The position numbers and the translations under genes are program-made. Shown one piece after another: positions 28,501 to 36,812 of a stretch of 64,000 bases of DNA. The notes beneath the pieces were generated by a model. That model saw only the letters and a program-made list of their open reading frames with translations, searched no databases and was not told the DNA's origin. The number at the start of each line of letters is the position of its first letter. The stretch's first letter is position 1. Source of the DNA: a virus; IMG/VR virus record IMGVR_UViG_3300014913_000006, one strand, 5' to 3'.

Positions 28501-29485
28501 GACATCTGTGCATATAGCTAAAATGGTAGGTCCGATTCTTGAGCGTCTTGGGTGGTACTATTCGTGCTCGGTACAGTATCGAGACGGTAATCGCCCAATG
28601 TATCGTTTTGAAATTCGGACAGATGGACAGAGAAAATCACACGAGACTCTATACAGAGATGGTTTTGTATTGACCAAAGTGGAATCCTCCAACCAAAGCG
28701 ATTTTGATGGAGACGTTATAACCATAGATGTTGAGGATGATCATAATTACAACACTATATGTGGTATGTCCCATAATTGCGAGGGTTTTGGGATGCCCTG
28801 TGTAGAAGCACAAGCATGTGGTGTTCCTGTTGCCGCTGTCGATTACTCGGCGATGCAAGATCATCTGAAGTGTCCTGGTTCAATAACCGTAGATGTAGAG
28901 AGGTTTTTCTGGGAAGCCATTATCGAGACTGAGCAAAAACGAGCTTTACCCAGCAACACAGACTTTGTGAGCAAGCTTGACAAATTCCTCAAACAAAGCG
29001 AAGCCGTAAGAGACGAAAAGGCGAAGCAGACAAGGGCGTATATCGAAGAGTTGGTCACAACCTATGGACAGGAAGTCCCCATGCGTCGTCGTGGATGGGA
29101 AAGAACGGCGGCTATCTGGGGTCAGGTAATCAGAGAAACCAAGATCAAAGACCAGCAGACGACTTGGCTTTGTCAGACCTCTAAAGCCCATCATCCGAAT
29201 TTGGTTCCTCCTAGTAGCGACATGAACAATAGCGAATTCGTCAACTGGGTCATAGGGAAAGTGTGGAACCGTCCAGACATGCTCAGGACACATTTTGCTG
29301 GCGAATGGCTCAAGTCCCTCAATAGTGGTTCTAAGACTGCTGGTGACAGACGAGTTCCGTTCGATCGCAAGGCGTTCGTTGAACACTTCATGGAAATGGT
29401 ACAACAAGCTAACGTGGTCGAAGAAAAACGACTGGCCTCTCTGAAGCGAGAAATCTTAGACCAAGTGAATGTGACGGTGATATAG
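25535..29485 (+). CDS. GT4-like glycosyltransferase with two inteins
   Basis: LATGF, FKPDIV, PG.DLETFKP, VMRNQKRK, YLHT, FDLYVQYSI|CEGFGMPCVEAQACG (Ex7E); CxxC...CxxC insert. Confidence 0.88.
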   Translation: MESDRKRRVLFIGEANFLATGFSTYWHEVIKRLHETGEFEIAELGSYAHDDDQRCRQVPWKFYPVAPARSNQQAMQKYMANQTSQFGEWRFDDVCLDFKPDIVCVPPETKVETPNGVRNIENIVVGDTVISHTGKKRRVIRTMRSQHNGMVVKIYPHNDNQCYTFTPNHPILAIKSKKRTCKQRDVQSRHNIEDAEFVEAKDLCQGDYVLIPIYRPDVWTSQDISITHFLKQFITKDGFAYPVGHENFERDNGIPEFIQYSSDFGRLLGYYCAEGSGSGSGVQFSFNVSEKEYIEDVLRLMSKYFKIDGQVFTSENCSNVRFNSVLLEELFKNWFGGNAHEKHIPEFVYTTQRDKFLEEFLSGYIKGDGCYKSDTVSCSTASNVLARQIRQLFARLGVKTSIARKLNKPTNLVKTYRTSFEIECYGQYARIAHGFIAKHSELPSRKSDDPKWIDKGSAGWINENYIIVPIRRVRTEPYRGQVYNLEVENDNSYVTGFAVHNCGIRDWWMDEFVLRSPFRQNFSFVWMPTIDGEPQRELWLDSYRQCDRILTYSEYGMDLLRKTARRGTDLVTIASPGADLETFKPPDNKRDHKARLGIDPNSLIVGTVMRNQKRKLYYDLIEAFSRWLNHSKTKGHVDLTKRTFLYLHTSYPDVGYDIGKAIRDFKIGNKVIMTYLCSNCQTAYPSFFAGELMVCRKCGKLAAHPPNANHSCPRNVLADIIKVFDLYVQYSICLHPETPIMTANGWEDIGNIVVGDKVVGRDGKLHRVYKTLRNKPGKCFDIKVKGRPWSATATDNHPWLIVDRTGLSKSIESVVNRERYHRNRGTECPKLQFAYKRTDELRPGDLLASRIPTEEVLPDYDLPLMDENMAYYIGLFAADGHANETCGQCTITSHSSEADDVLKISHKIAQLVDKNAHQQSTGSCDAVVTNICDTGLRDAFRAMCYHADRTKQLPIGCHLWPIKLQRALIQGLMYGDGHQKKEWLNVYCTTSVHIAKMVGPILERLGWYYSCSVQYRDGNRPMYRFEIRTDGQRKSHETLYRDGFVLTKVESSNQSDFDGDVITIDVEDDHNYNTICGMSHNCEGFGMPCVEAQACGVPVAAVDYSAMQDHLKCPGSITVDVERFFWEAIIETEQKRALPSNTDFVSKLDKFLKQSEAVRDEKAKQTRAYIEELVTTYGQEVPMRRRGWERTAAIWGQVIRETKIKDQQTTWLCQTSKAHHPNLVPPSSDMNNSEFVNWVIGKVWNRPDMLRTHFAGEWLKSLNSGSKTAGDRRVPFDRKAFVEHFMEMVQQANVVEEKRLASLKREILDQVNVTVI
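25844..27037 (+). mobile_element. Intein (LAGLIDADG type, 398 aa) in glycosyltransferase, site 1
   Basis: Starts CVPPETKVETPNG, TPNHP, YCAEG and GYIKGDG, ends DNSYVTGFAVHN followed by Cys. Confidence 0.92.
27731..28777 (+). mobile_element. Intein (LAGLIDADG type, 349 aa) in glycosyltransferase, site 2
   Basis: Starts CLHPETPIMTANG, TDNHP, FAADG and GLMYGDG, ends DHNYNTICGMSHN followed by Cys. Confidence 0.92.
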
Positions 29486-30664
29486 ATGAAACTGTGCTAC
29501 CTTAGTGTTTTCAGAGATGGTACCGGCTACGCAAATCAGGCGATCCACAATATGCTTGCTATGGAAGCTGGTGGCATCGATGTTGTCGCCAGAGCTATCA
29601 AGCTGTCCCCTACCAGCAACCACGAGTTGGCAAAAAGTGTCGAACACCTTGAGCAGAAGTCTACAGACGATGTCGATGTGGTCGTGCAACATGTGCTGCC
29701 GCATCAATTCGAGTACAAGGCCGGGGTGAAGAACATAGGGATGTTTGACTGGGAGACGACACACTTTAGGCGGTCGAATTGGACCCATTGTTGTAATCTC
29801 ATGGATGAGATATGGGTGCCGTCCCTACAAAACGCCCGGGCTGTAATGGACAGCAATGTTACGGTTCCGATTCGAGTATTCCCCTGTGCCTGTAACGTAG
29901 CCAGATTCGCAAACCCGCCTGACCCACTAGATGTCCCACAACTCAAAGACAAGTGCGTATTCTATGTTGTCGGAGAGATGACACGCCGAAAGAATCTGGT
30001 TGCTGTTTTGAGGGCATTCTACACAGCATTCAGCCTTCGTGACGATGTCTCGCTGGTAATCAAAACCAACATCCCAGGCAAATCGCCCGAAGAAGCGATC
30101 GAAACACTGAAATCTACTATTGACGACGTGAAGAAGTCCCTACACACATACGTAAGACATCCGTACTATCCTCCAGTAGCGTGTATCACAGAATTCTTAC
30201 CAGACAAAAAGCTCGATCAGCTTCACATGGCGTGCGACGTTTTTGTCCTGGCTAGTCATGGAGAAGCCTGGGGTATCCCGGCCCATGACGCTATGGGATT
30301 TGGCAACCCCGTGATACTCAGCAATTGGGGGGCATTCCCTGAATTGACTTACGAACAAGCGTCTCGGTATTGGGAACCAGATGCCTGTAAGTTCAAGTGG
30401 CCGGGGGACATTGATTGCGGATGGTTGGTCAAAGGGCAACTGACCCCATGCTTCGGTCACACAGAAAGTTTCCCAGACCTCTACACGGGTGATGAGCTTT
30501 GGTTCGACCCAGATATGGAGCATTTGATTGCCTGTATGAGACAGGCATACGAATCATGGAATGACGGCTCTATAGACCGTCGCAAACAAGCTGCGAGCAA
30601 ACGTGCGGCTAAGTTCAGCTACGACAGAGTTGGCGTAATAGCTAGGAAGTTATTGAATATCTAA
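29486..30664 (+). CDS. GT4-like glycosyltransferase
   Basis: TGYA, WET, DEIWVPS, RKN...L.AF...F, LVIKT, DVFVLASHGEAWGIP..DAM. Confidence 0.85.
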   Translation: MKLCYLSVFRDGTGYANQAIHNMLAMEAGGIDVVARAIKLSPTSNHELAKSVEHLEQKSTDDVDVVVQHVLPHQFEYKAGVKNIGMFDWETTHFRRSNWTHCCNLMDEIWVPSLQNARAVMDSNVTVPIRVFPCACNVARFANPPDPLDVPQLKDKCVFYVVGEMTRRKNLVAVLRAFYTAFSLRDDVSLVIKTNIPGKSPEEAIETLKSTIDDVKKSLHTYVRHPYYPPVACITEFLPDKKLDQLHMACDVFVLASHGEAWGIPAHDAMGFGNPVILSNWGAFPELTYEQASRYWEPDACKFKWPGDIDCGWLVKGQLTPCFGHTESFPDLYTGDELWFDPDMEHLIACMRQAYESWNDGSIDRRKQAASKRAAKFSYDRVGVIARKLLNI

Positions 30665-30948
30665 TGAAAACATCTTGGAGAGATGTCGTTGGATACGAAG
30701 GAATCTATCAAGTTTCTAACATTGGTCACGTAAAAAGAGTAACCAAAGGCCGTCGCACCAGAGTTGGAAAGATATTGAAACAAAGTTTGCGGGGAAGAAA
30801 AAACCACCAATATTTATGTGTCTGCCTTTATAGGAATGGACAAAAGAAGGTGATACAAGTTTACACGCTAGTTGCGCATCGGTTCGGCGTTTTGCAAACA
30901 ACCATATCTCGTGTCGTTCTTAGGCTCACTTGGAAACATATAAATTAA
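30664..30948 (+). pseudogene. NUMOD4 homing endonuclease with HNH core deleted
   Basis: NUMOD4 WRDVVGYEGIYQVSNIG..K; LVA joins directly to terminal HTH HRFGV..TISR...TWKHI with no HNH motif. Confidence 0.72.
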
Positions 30949-30959
30949 GGAGAACTTTT

Positions 30960-31979
30960 ATGGCAGCGCAGTTATCGTCAGCATTAAGAAGCATTAATAG
31001 AAACCGAGAACGTCCTCTAAATATACTGTTTGCTAATAACCATGAAGGCTACTCAGCCACCTTAGCGAAAACTGGTCACAATTTCTATCTGTTACAACAC
31101 CCAAAGTTCCATCCATGGGATGCCAAAGAACGACCATTGCCACCCAATTTCTTCATATTAACCGGTCAGGAGATAAGCCAACAACTGAAAACCGATGTGG
31201 CGTTTGACTTGGTATTGACACAGAATAGGGTTGATCACTATCCGATCATGGTGCAGTTGGCGGCACAGCTTAGCTGTCCTCTGCTCCAGATGGAACACAC
31301 ACTGCCGTGGCCAGACTGGGATGACGAGACAACTAAGCGTATGGGGCATCTTGTATGCGATCACAATATCTTCGTGGCCAATTTCTCTGTTGGGGCGTGG
31401 TTCCACGACCCAAGCGATCCAGATGTACAGATCATCCATCACGGAATGGACACCGATTATTGGGACGGATGGATCGGTGGCGACGGCAAGGTCATGACAG
31501 CGGTGTGGGATTACGTTCGTAGAGATCGTATATGTGGTTTCTCGCTATGGAAAGAAGTCACGAAGGGTCTCGAAGTCAATCCGTGGGGCGAGTCTCCCGG
31601 CCTATCAAAGATGGCAGACAGTACAGACCACCTACGAGAACTCTACCGCCACGCATCAGTATTTCTAAACACCACCCTTTGGTCGTCTTGCCCATTCTCT
31701 CTGCTGGAAGCTATGTCGGTAGGTTGTCCGATTGTGACCACTGCAACAACATCTATCCCTGAATTCATTGAAGATGGTGTCAATGGCTTTATCACAAACG
31801 ACCCAAGGACCATGAGAAAACGGCTGGAGGAACTGATCAAAGATCAAGACATGGCTCGTGAAATCGGTGCTGCTGGAAGAAAAACCGTACTGGAGCAATT
31901 TGGACAACAGCGATTCCTTGATGAATGGAACGAGGCATTCTGGAAAGTAGCACAGTGTCCCGCAGGCAGATGGGCATAA
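30960..31979 (+). CDS. GT4-like glycosyltransferase
   Basis: IHHGMDT, VFLNTT...PFSLLEAMSVGCPIVT, IEDGVNGF, IGAAGRKT; AAGGAG SD. Confidence 0.85.
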   Translation: MAAQLSSALRSINRNRERPLNILFANNHEGYSATLAKTGHNFYLLQHPKFHPWDAKERPLPPNFFILTGQEISQQLKTDVAFDLVLTQNRVDHYPIMVQLAAQLSCPLLQMEHTLPWPDWDDETTKRMGHLVCDHNIFVANFSVGAWFHDPSDPDVQIIHHGMDTDYWDGWIGGDGKVMTAVWDYVRRDRICGFSLWKEVTKGLEVNPWGESPGLSKMADSTDHLRELYRHASVFLNTTLWSSCPFSLLEAMSVGCPIVTTATTSIPEFIEDGVNGFITNDPRTMRKRLEELIKDQDMAREIGAAGRKTVLEQFGQQRFLDEWNEAFWKVAQCPAGRWA

Positions 31980-31990
31980 GGAGATAAGCG

Positions 31991-32461
31991 ATGAAATTGA
32001 ACTTGGGATGTGGAAACGACGTGAGACCCGGCTATGTCAATATAGACCGTTTACCACCCGGTCAGATACCGCCCGACCTGTACAAGCAGGGGGATATCCA
32101 AACCCTCGATTGGCTGACCGAAGACGACAAGGTCGATGAAATTGTGGCGATCGACTGTATCGAGTATCTGCCGATGAATGCTGTCAAACAGGCTCTTGCC
32201 AATTGGGCTCAAAAGCTGGTGGCTGGCGGGACGCTGAAGATTCTGATGCCAGACTGCCATGCGATCGCCCAATCATTTGCCCAAGGGCAGTTCGACCTCA
32301 AAGAGTTTGCGCAGATGCTTCTGGGTACCCAAGAGGGGAACGACAACCGTTTGTCCGTAATGGATACGGCGACTCTGTTGAGCACTCTTCAAGAGGTCGG
32401 TCTTAGCATCTCTCTCAAGAGATACGAGGGTGTTGCTATTTATGTTGAGGCAGTGAAATGA
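31991..32461 (+). CDS. Class I SAM-dependent methyltransferase-like protein
   Basis: KLNLGCG....GYVNID, DEIVA...IEY, L..GG.LKI..PD. Confidence 0.75.
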   Translation: MKLNLGCGNDVRPGYVNIDRLPPGQIPPDLYKQGDIQTLDWLTEDDKVDEIVAIDCIEYLPMNAVKQALANWAQKLVAGGTLKILMPDCHAIAQSFAQGQFDLKEFAQMLLGTQEGNDNRLSVMDTATLLSTLQEVGLSISLKRYEGVAIYVEAVK

Positions 32462-33222
32462 TAACAACCGGTTGCGAAGGATGCTGTTTCCTACAAGAAA
32501 ATGATGGCAGTAAGGGATGCGCTGCCCAACAGTTGTGTTGTCTTAAGGACGACAAAGTGTTGGCCCCCGGATATTGCCGAACATGTCGTAGCCATAGATG
32601 GGCTAAGCGACAAAAGACAACGGATTTATCAGCACTTTACAAAGCTGTCGTAGAAGAACGCGCCTTGAAGTTCGATATGCTGCTCTTTTTTGATGAAGCA
32701 ACCAACACAGTAGCAGACCTAGAACGGACACTGAATAGTGATTGGTATATCAGATATGCTCAAAAGATCATTATTATGGATGTGACTGGCTTTGGTGGCA
32801 GAAAGAATCTGGCACTGCAATACCTCAAAAGTCGAGAACATCCAGTCCCGACAGTTGTAGACAGCAGTGCTGTCCATGAGTCAATCCATCAGCGAGAGGA
32901 AACAATCAGACGACTTTCAAAACAAGTAACAGCACCGTTCTTCATGGCAATTCCTGCTGGTAATGCAGTGAAAAACTTCGATGTGTTTGCCGCAATGATT
33001 CAACACGTAACAAGTCGTGTTATTCATTGGTCATTCCCTTTCAGTATCGGTGGGACTACTCTTGTCCAGCAGCAGTTGCACTATGGACTATTTATTACGG
33101 CACCATACCGAGCACTAATGAAGTCGCCGGAAGCCGAGCCGTTCACGCAACAGCTACGACAAGAGGAACGAGAAACTGAAATGGGACTCTCGTGGTTCTG
33201 TTCGGATTGTTGGTTGGTATGA
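32458..33222 (+). CDS. hypothetical protein with Cys-rich N-terminus, possible degenerate GT-A fold
   Basis: CEGCCF..C..C..GYCRTCR; LERTLNS and IIIMD resemble GT2 elements but no DxD. Confidence 0.5.
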   Translation: MITTGCEGCCFLQENDGSKGCAAQQLCCLKDDKVLAPGYCRTCRSHRWAKRQKTTDLSALYKAVVEERALKFDMLLFFDEATNTVADLERTLNSDWYIRYAQKIIIMDVTGFGGRKNLALQYLKSREHPVPTVVDSSAVHESIHQREETIRRLSKQVTAPFFMAIPAGNAVKNFDVFAAMIQHVTSRVIHWSFPFSIGGTTLVQQQLHYGLFITAPYRALMKSPEAEPFTQQLRQEERETEMGLSWFCSDCWLV

Positions 33223-33989
33223 TGAAAGACAAAGAAAACGTAACCGTCATAATGGCCACGCACAACAATGCCAAAACTATTGAGCGAGCATTGCGGTCCG
33301 TGACCAGGGGTATCCGTCCTGCTAACCAAGTTATCATCGGTGATAACGATAGCACAGACGGCACCTATGATGTTCTGTGCAAGTTGCTCGGTGCTGAACA
33401 TGTAACGATTGACGAAAAGACTGGTATGCCTCCGCAGTTTGGTGGTGAACTAGATGGCACCCCGGTCAAAATCTTCCGCAAAAGACTCAGCACCATTGGC
33501 GACACACTAAATATTGCTATGCAAATGAAGTGGCAAGGTGTGACTGTGTTTGGTTTCATGGACCCCACAAGCTGGTATGCACCCGACAAGATTGCACAGG
33601 CTATCCGGGTTTTCGGTACTCATCAGTCAATTGCGTGTGTAGTCAGCGATTGTGATGACCACCATCCAGACGGCAGGGTTGAGAGAATCTTCCGCGATTC
33701 ATTCGACATGCAAAGACTGTTGAAGGGTTTCCCATACGATGGCAACTTTTTGATACGGCCACATGTGTTCCCCAAACTCAAAGGTGGGTTCAACCCACAA
33801 ATGCCGATTCGGCATGACTACGATCTTCTTTTGAGAGTTTCTGAGATTGGCCTTATCTACCACATACCAGCACCATTGCATCACAATGTTGTCTGTGCTG
33901 TGGATAGTGCTACACAACAGACCATAGCACAATGTGAGATGACAGCGAAGCAGTTGGCCTCACAACGTCGGAGTGCAACTAATGGCTAA
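33219..33989 (+). CDS. GT2 family glycosyltransferase
   Basis: VTVIMATHNNAKTIERALRSV, IIGDNDSTDGT, DYDLLLR. Confidence 0.85.
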   Translation: MMKDKENVTVIMATHNNAKTIERALRSVTRGIRPANQVIIGDNDSTDGTYDVLCKLLGAEHVTIDEKTGMPPQFGGELDGTPVKIFRKRLSTIGDTLNIAMQMKWQGVTVFGFMDPTSWYAPDKIAQAIRVFGTHQSIACVVSDCDDHHPDGRVERIFRDSFDMQRLLKGFPYDGNFLIRPHVFPKLKGGFNPQMPIRHDYDLLLRVSEIGLIYHIPAPLHHNVVCAVDSATQQTIAQCEMTAKQLASQRRSATNG

Positions 33990-34572
33990 GAAGCAAAAAA
34001 ACCCCAAGCACAAGGAAGCAGTACGTAGAAAGGCAAACGCCGCAGCGGAAATGGCTAAACTGGGTCTCAAGCTCGACGACGATCAGTCTCTCATAGGATT
34101 TGTCTTCAGCCATCTTGCTGTGTCTCACTTAACGTATTTGGGGCTCGACTCCATCAACAAACTGTGCAAGACATTCGCTGGTATCGATGTCTGTCTGTTC
34201 ACACAGCACATCATTCCATCATGCATACCATCACTTTGTCCAGTTTTTGGTGTGTCCGACTTGGTAAGATGGCATGACTACCCATTGATAGCAACGAGCA
34301 TTGGGACAACAATCGAAGCTCTGGCTAGTAATGCCCCAATCGTCTACCACTATGCATTTGACCCAGAATTCATCAACAAACCACACATGGAATCATCAGA
34401 TATGCGGCCCGCTTTTTGTGATCCAAGGGTGCGAGTAGTGGTGAGACATGAGTCTCACAAGGAATTGATCGAAGCAGAATTCGGCATCCAGGTGTGTGAT
34501 ACCATCATACCCGATTGCGATGCCGAGGCGCTGGCGAAACTGGTACTAACGGAGATGAAGAATGCCGACTGA
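33982..34572 (+). CDS. hypothetical protein, possible stand-alone GT-B N-terminal-like domain
   Basis: LIATS..T, YHYAFDPEF pattern; follows the GT cluster. Confidence 0.45.
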   Translation: MAKKQKNPKHKEAVRRKANAAAEMAKLGLKLDDDQSLIGFVFSHLAVSHLTYLGLDSINKLCKTFAGIDVCLFTQHIIPSCIPSLCPVFGVSDLVRWHDYPLIATSIGTTIEALASNAPIVYHYAFDPEFINKPHMESSDMRPAFCDPRVRVVVRHESHKELIEAEFGIQVCDTIIPDCDAEALAKLVLTEMKNAD

Positions 34573-35476
34573 CACAAAGCCTCCAACACGAATGGGTAAG
34601 AAGGAACTCCAGGATGCTCTACTGGCTCTCGGGTACACCAATGAACAGCTATTAGACGGTGAGGGCAAGAAACTCAAGCGACCCGCACTGCTTGAAAAGC
34701 TTCAGGCTCACAAGCAGGGAGAAGAAGGGCTGGCGGTTCTCTCGACTGTCCAGGAAGAAGACGACGACACGGGAGTAGTCGTTGGGCCAGACGCAAAAGA
34801 CCTAACCGACGACTTTGGGGAGCCACTGGTGGTGGAAGATACCGATCCTCCGACACCAAGCGATCCTGGGTGGACACAGTACGTGCTTGGGAAGTTCCTT
34901 GAGGACGAGGTGGACGGCCAGAATCCACGAGTGGAAGGGCTCAGACGTGTCGCTGGTGAACTGGTTGGGGAACTGATCGAGGAAGGGTGCGATCTCGTAG
35001 CCGCCCCGACCGAAGAGAATCGGTTCCGAGCATGTGCAAAAGCGTGGGGTGTATTTCTAACCCCCGAAGGCAGAGAGAAGAGATTTGAGGCTCTGGCGGA
35101 TGCGCACAGCGAGAACTGCTTCGAGGACTACGCTACATATCTGGTAGCCATGGCAGACACACGAGCCAAGGGCAGGATGTACCGTAACGCCCTCTGTCTG
35201 CGACGAGTGGTTGCCGCCGAAGAGGTCAGCAAGACCGTTGCTACTGCCGCTGACATCCAGCAGGGTGGACCTATCCACACCAGTCAGATCAGCATGATCC
35301 GCTTGATCTCAGATCGTCATGGTTTCAAAATCTCAGAAGTTTTGGATGGGCTTGCAATCACGTATGAACTCAACGATCAAACCGGAGATGTGAACCTGCA
35401 ATCGTTGTCCTATGAGGATGCGCTTGCCGCCGCGTCAGAAATGCGGAAGATGAAGGAACAGAAGGGAGACAAGTAA
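34562..35476 (+). CDS. Putative single-strand annealing (Rad52/Bet-like) protein
   Basis: GLRRVA, ADA...N, AMADTRAKGRMYRNAL motif; N-terminal HeH-like KKELQDAL..LG; C-terminal LSYEDA. Confidence 0.5.
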   Translation: MPTDTKPPTRMGKKELQDALLALGYTNEQLLDGEGKKLKRPALLEKLQAHKQGEEGLAVLSTVQEEDDDTGVVVGPDAKDLTDDFGEPLVVEDTDPPTPSDPGWTQYVLGKFLEDEVDGQNPRVEGLRRVAGELVGELIEEGCDLVAAPTEENRFRACAKAWGVFLTPEGREKRFEALADAHSENCFEDYATYLVAMADTRAKGRMYRNALCLRRVVAAEEVSKTVATAADIQQGGPIHTSQISMIRLISDRHGFKISEVLDGLAITYELNDQTGDVNLQSLSYEDALAAASEMRKMKEQKGDK

Positions 35477-35949
35477 TGGCTGAGGAATTCAGCAAGGGCT
35501 TTGTGCTCTACAAGGCGAAGGGTGACGGGAACGGCGCTGCCTCTCAATGGAATCTGGGATCACAGAAGGACTGTGTCTTCCTGGAGATGGCGAACCAGAA
35601 GGGCAAGGACGACAAAGGGAACGCTCGGTTCGACTGGGACAACAAGATCCGCTTCAAGCTCGGCGAAGCCGACATCGGAGAGATTCTTGCGGTCTTGGTG
35701 GGACTCCAGGATGGTGTTGGGCCATTCGATACGGCCAAGAGCAAGCACAAGGGGCTCTTCCACTCAAACCAGAGTGGGAATGCGATCTTGTACTTTGGGA
35801 AGGATGAGCACGGAAGGTTCCGTATCTACCTGAGTGTCAAGAGGGGGGACGAGAAAACTGTCGTACAGCACGCAATGAGCAAGGGCGAGGCATGTGTCCT
35901 CAGCACCCTGTTGCGTCGGGCTGTCGAAGTCATGTACAGATGGTGCTAA
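35476..35949 (+). CDS. Whirly-like ssDNA-binding protein
   Basis: LYK....AA, VFLEMA, FDWDNKIRFKLGEADIGEIL, LFH, MSKGEACVL correspond to Whirly motifs (YKGKAAL, YDW..KQ.F.LS..EIG, FFH, ..KAEF.VL). Confidence 0.6.
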   Translation: MAEEFSKGFVLYKAKGDGNGAASQWNLGSQKDCVFLEMANQKGKDDKGNARFDWDNKIRFKLGEADIGEILAVLVGLQDGVGPFDTAKSKHKGLFHSNQSGNAILYFGKDEHGRFRIYLSVKRGDEKTVVQHAMSKGEACVLSTLLRRAVEVMYRWC

Positions 35950-36302
35950 CCTGAATCCTTTCGGTTTTTCAGGTCTTCTTCCATGCGCTCCATCAGGGCT
36001 TTCAAAACTGAGACATCTGTTCGCAGCTCACCGACAGTAGTAGTTAGCAGAGAAATATTCGTTTGTAACTGAGTAATGTGGGCCGCTATGATCTCTGCAT
36101 AGCGGTCAATTTCTTGCGATACGCTGTCTTCGTGTTTCGCCTGCGACTCTTTCATCGTAGCAATTTCGGTTTTATTCACAATTAGGGCATCTTTGACCCG
36201 CTGTTGTTCGGCTCCCATCGAGAAAGCTGTGCCGATGGCCCCGCCGAAAACGCCTATGACAAGGCCAATCGCGCCATAAAGGGTCTGTTGCTTCTTTGTC
36301 AT
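35946..36302 (-). CDS. Membrane protein with one TM segment and coiled coil (possible holin-like)
   Basis: N-terminal hydrophobic LYGAIGLVIGVFGGAIGTAF followed by a heptad-rich tail. Confidence 0.55.
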   Translation of the reverse strand: MTKKQQTLYGAIGLVIGVFGGAIGTAFSMGAEQQRVKDALIVNKTEIATMKESQAKHEDSVSQEIDRYAEIIAAHITQLQTNISLLTTTVGELRTDVSVLKALMERMEEDLKNRKDSG

Positions 36303-36303
36303 T

Positions 36304-36621
36304 CTATCCCCTTAGCTCTATCTGCTCCAGCAAGTCTCGTTGCCAATTGTCTCGGGTAATGATCAAAAACTTCAACCCGTGTTTCTTATAGAACGCCTTT
36401 TTCCTCTCCAACTTGTTGTCCGCACGAACCTCCATCAGCCCATCGTATTCGACCCATAAGTCATATTCAGTTAGATAGAAATCGCAGATGCTACGGCTAG
36501 GTTTTGGTAGCCGTTTGTGTGGTACATACTCGATATCGTTTCCTAGAAGCCAATCAGCCACCTTGGCCTCCGATTGTGAGTCGTAAATCTCGCCATCCAG
36601 CCCTATTGTTTTCTTCCACAT
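36304..36621 (-). CDS. Small PD-(D/E)XK endonuclease-like protein
   Basis: YDSQSEAKVADWL...I.Y, CDFYL...WVEYDG, K...Y. Confidence 0.65.
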   Translation of the reverse strand: MWKKTIGLDGEIYDSQSEAKVADWLLGNDIEYVPHKRLPKPSRSICDFYLTEYDLWVEYDGLMEVRADNKLERKKAFYKKHGLKFLIITRDNWQRDLLEQIELRG

Positions 36622-36728
36622 AAGTCACCTTGCAGTATTGTTACACATAGGTCAATATATTCATCTTCGCGGCCTATTGTTTTGTGGTGACATTGATTGC
36701 ATAATGTGATACCATTCTTAATGTCAAG
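36603..36728 (-). pseudogene. 3' remnant of an HNH endonuclease
   Basis: Start-less frame LDIKNGITLCNQCHHKTIGREDEY...*; D..NGITLCxxCH is the HNH C-terminal signature. Confidence 0.65.
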
Positions 36729-36746
36729 AAAATCTCCAAAAAAAGC

Positions 36747-36790
36747 AAAAAAACAGGGCTATGATCGCCGGGACAATCAACGCCCTGTTT
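36747..36790 (-). terminator. Rho-independent terminator after the virion module
   Basis: On - strand AAACAGGGC..TGATTG-loop-CGATCA..GCCCTGTTTTTTT, just downstream of the 36813 stop. Confidence 0.75.
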
Positions 36791-36812
36791 GTTATATTAG
36801 ATAAGAAATCGT

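Noticed and set aside
36700-36728. TTGACA as a sigma-70 promoter for the 36304-36621 gene
   Set aside because: No convincing -10 at 16-18 nt spacing, and the hexamer is explained by the coding sequence of the HNH remnant (LDI).
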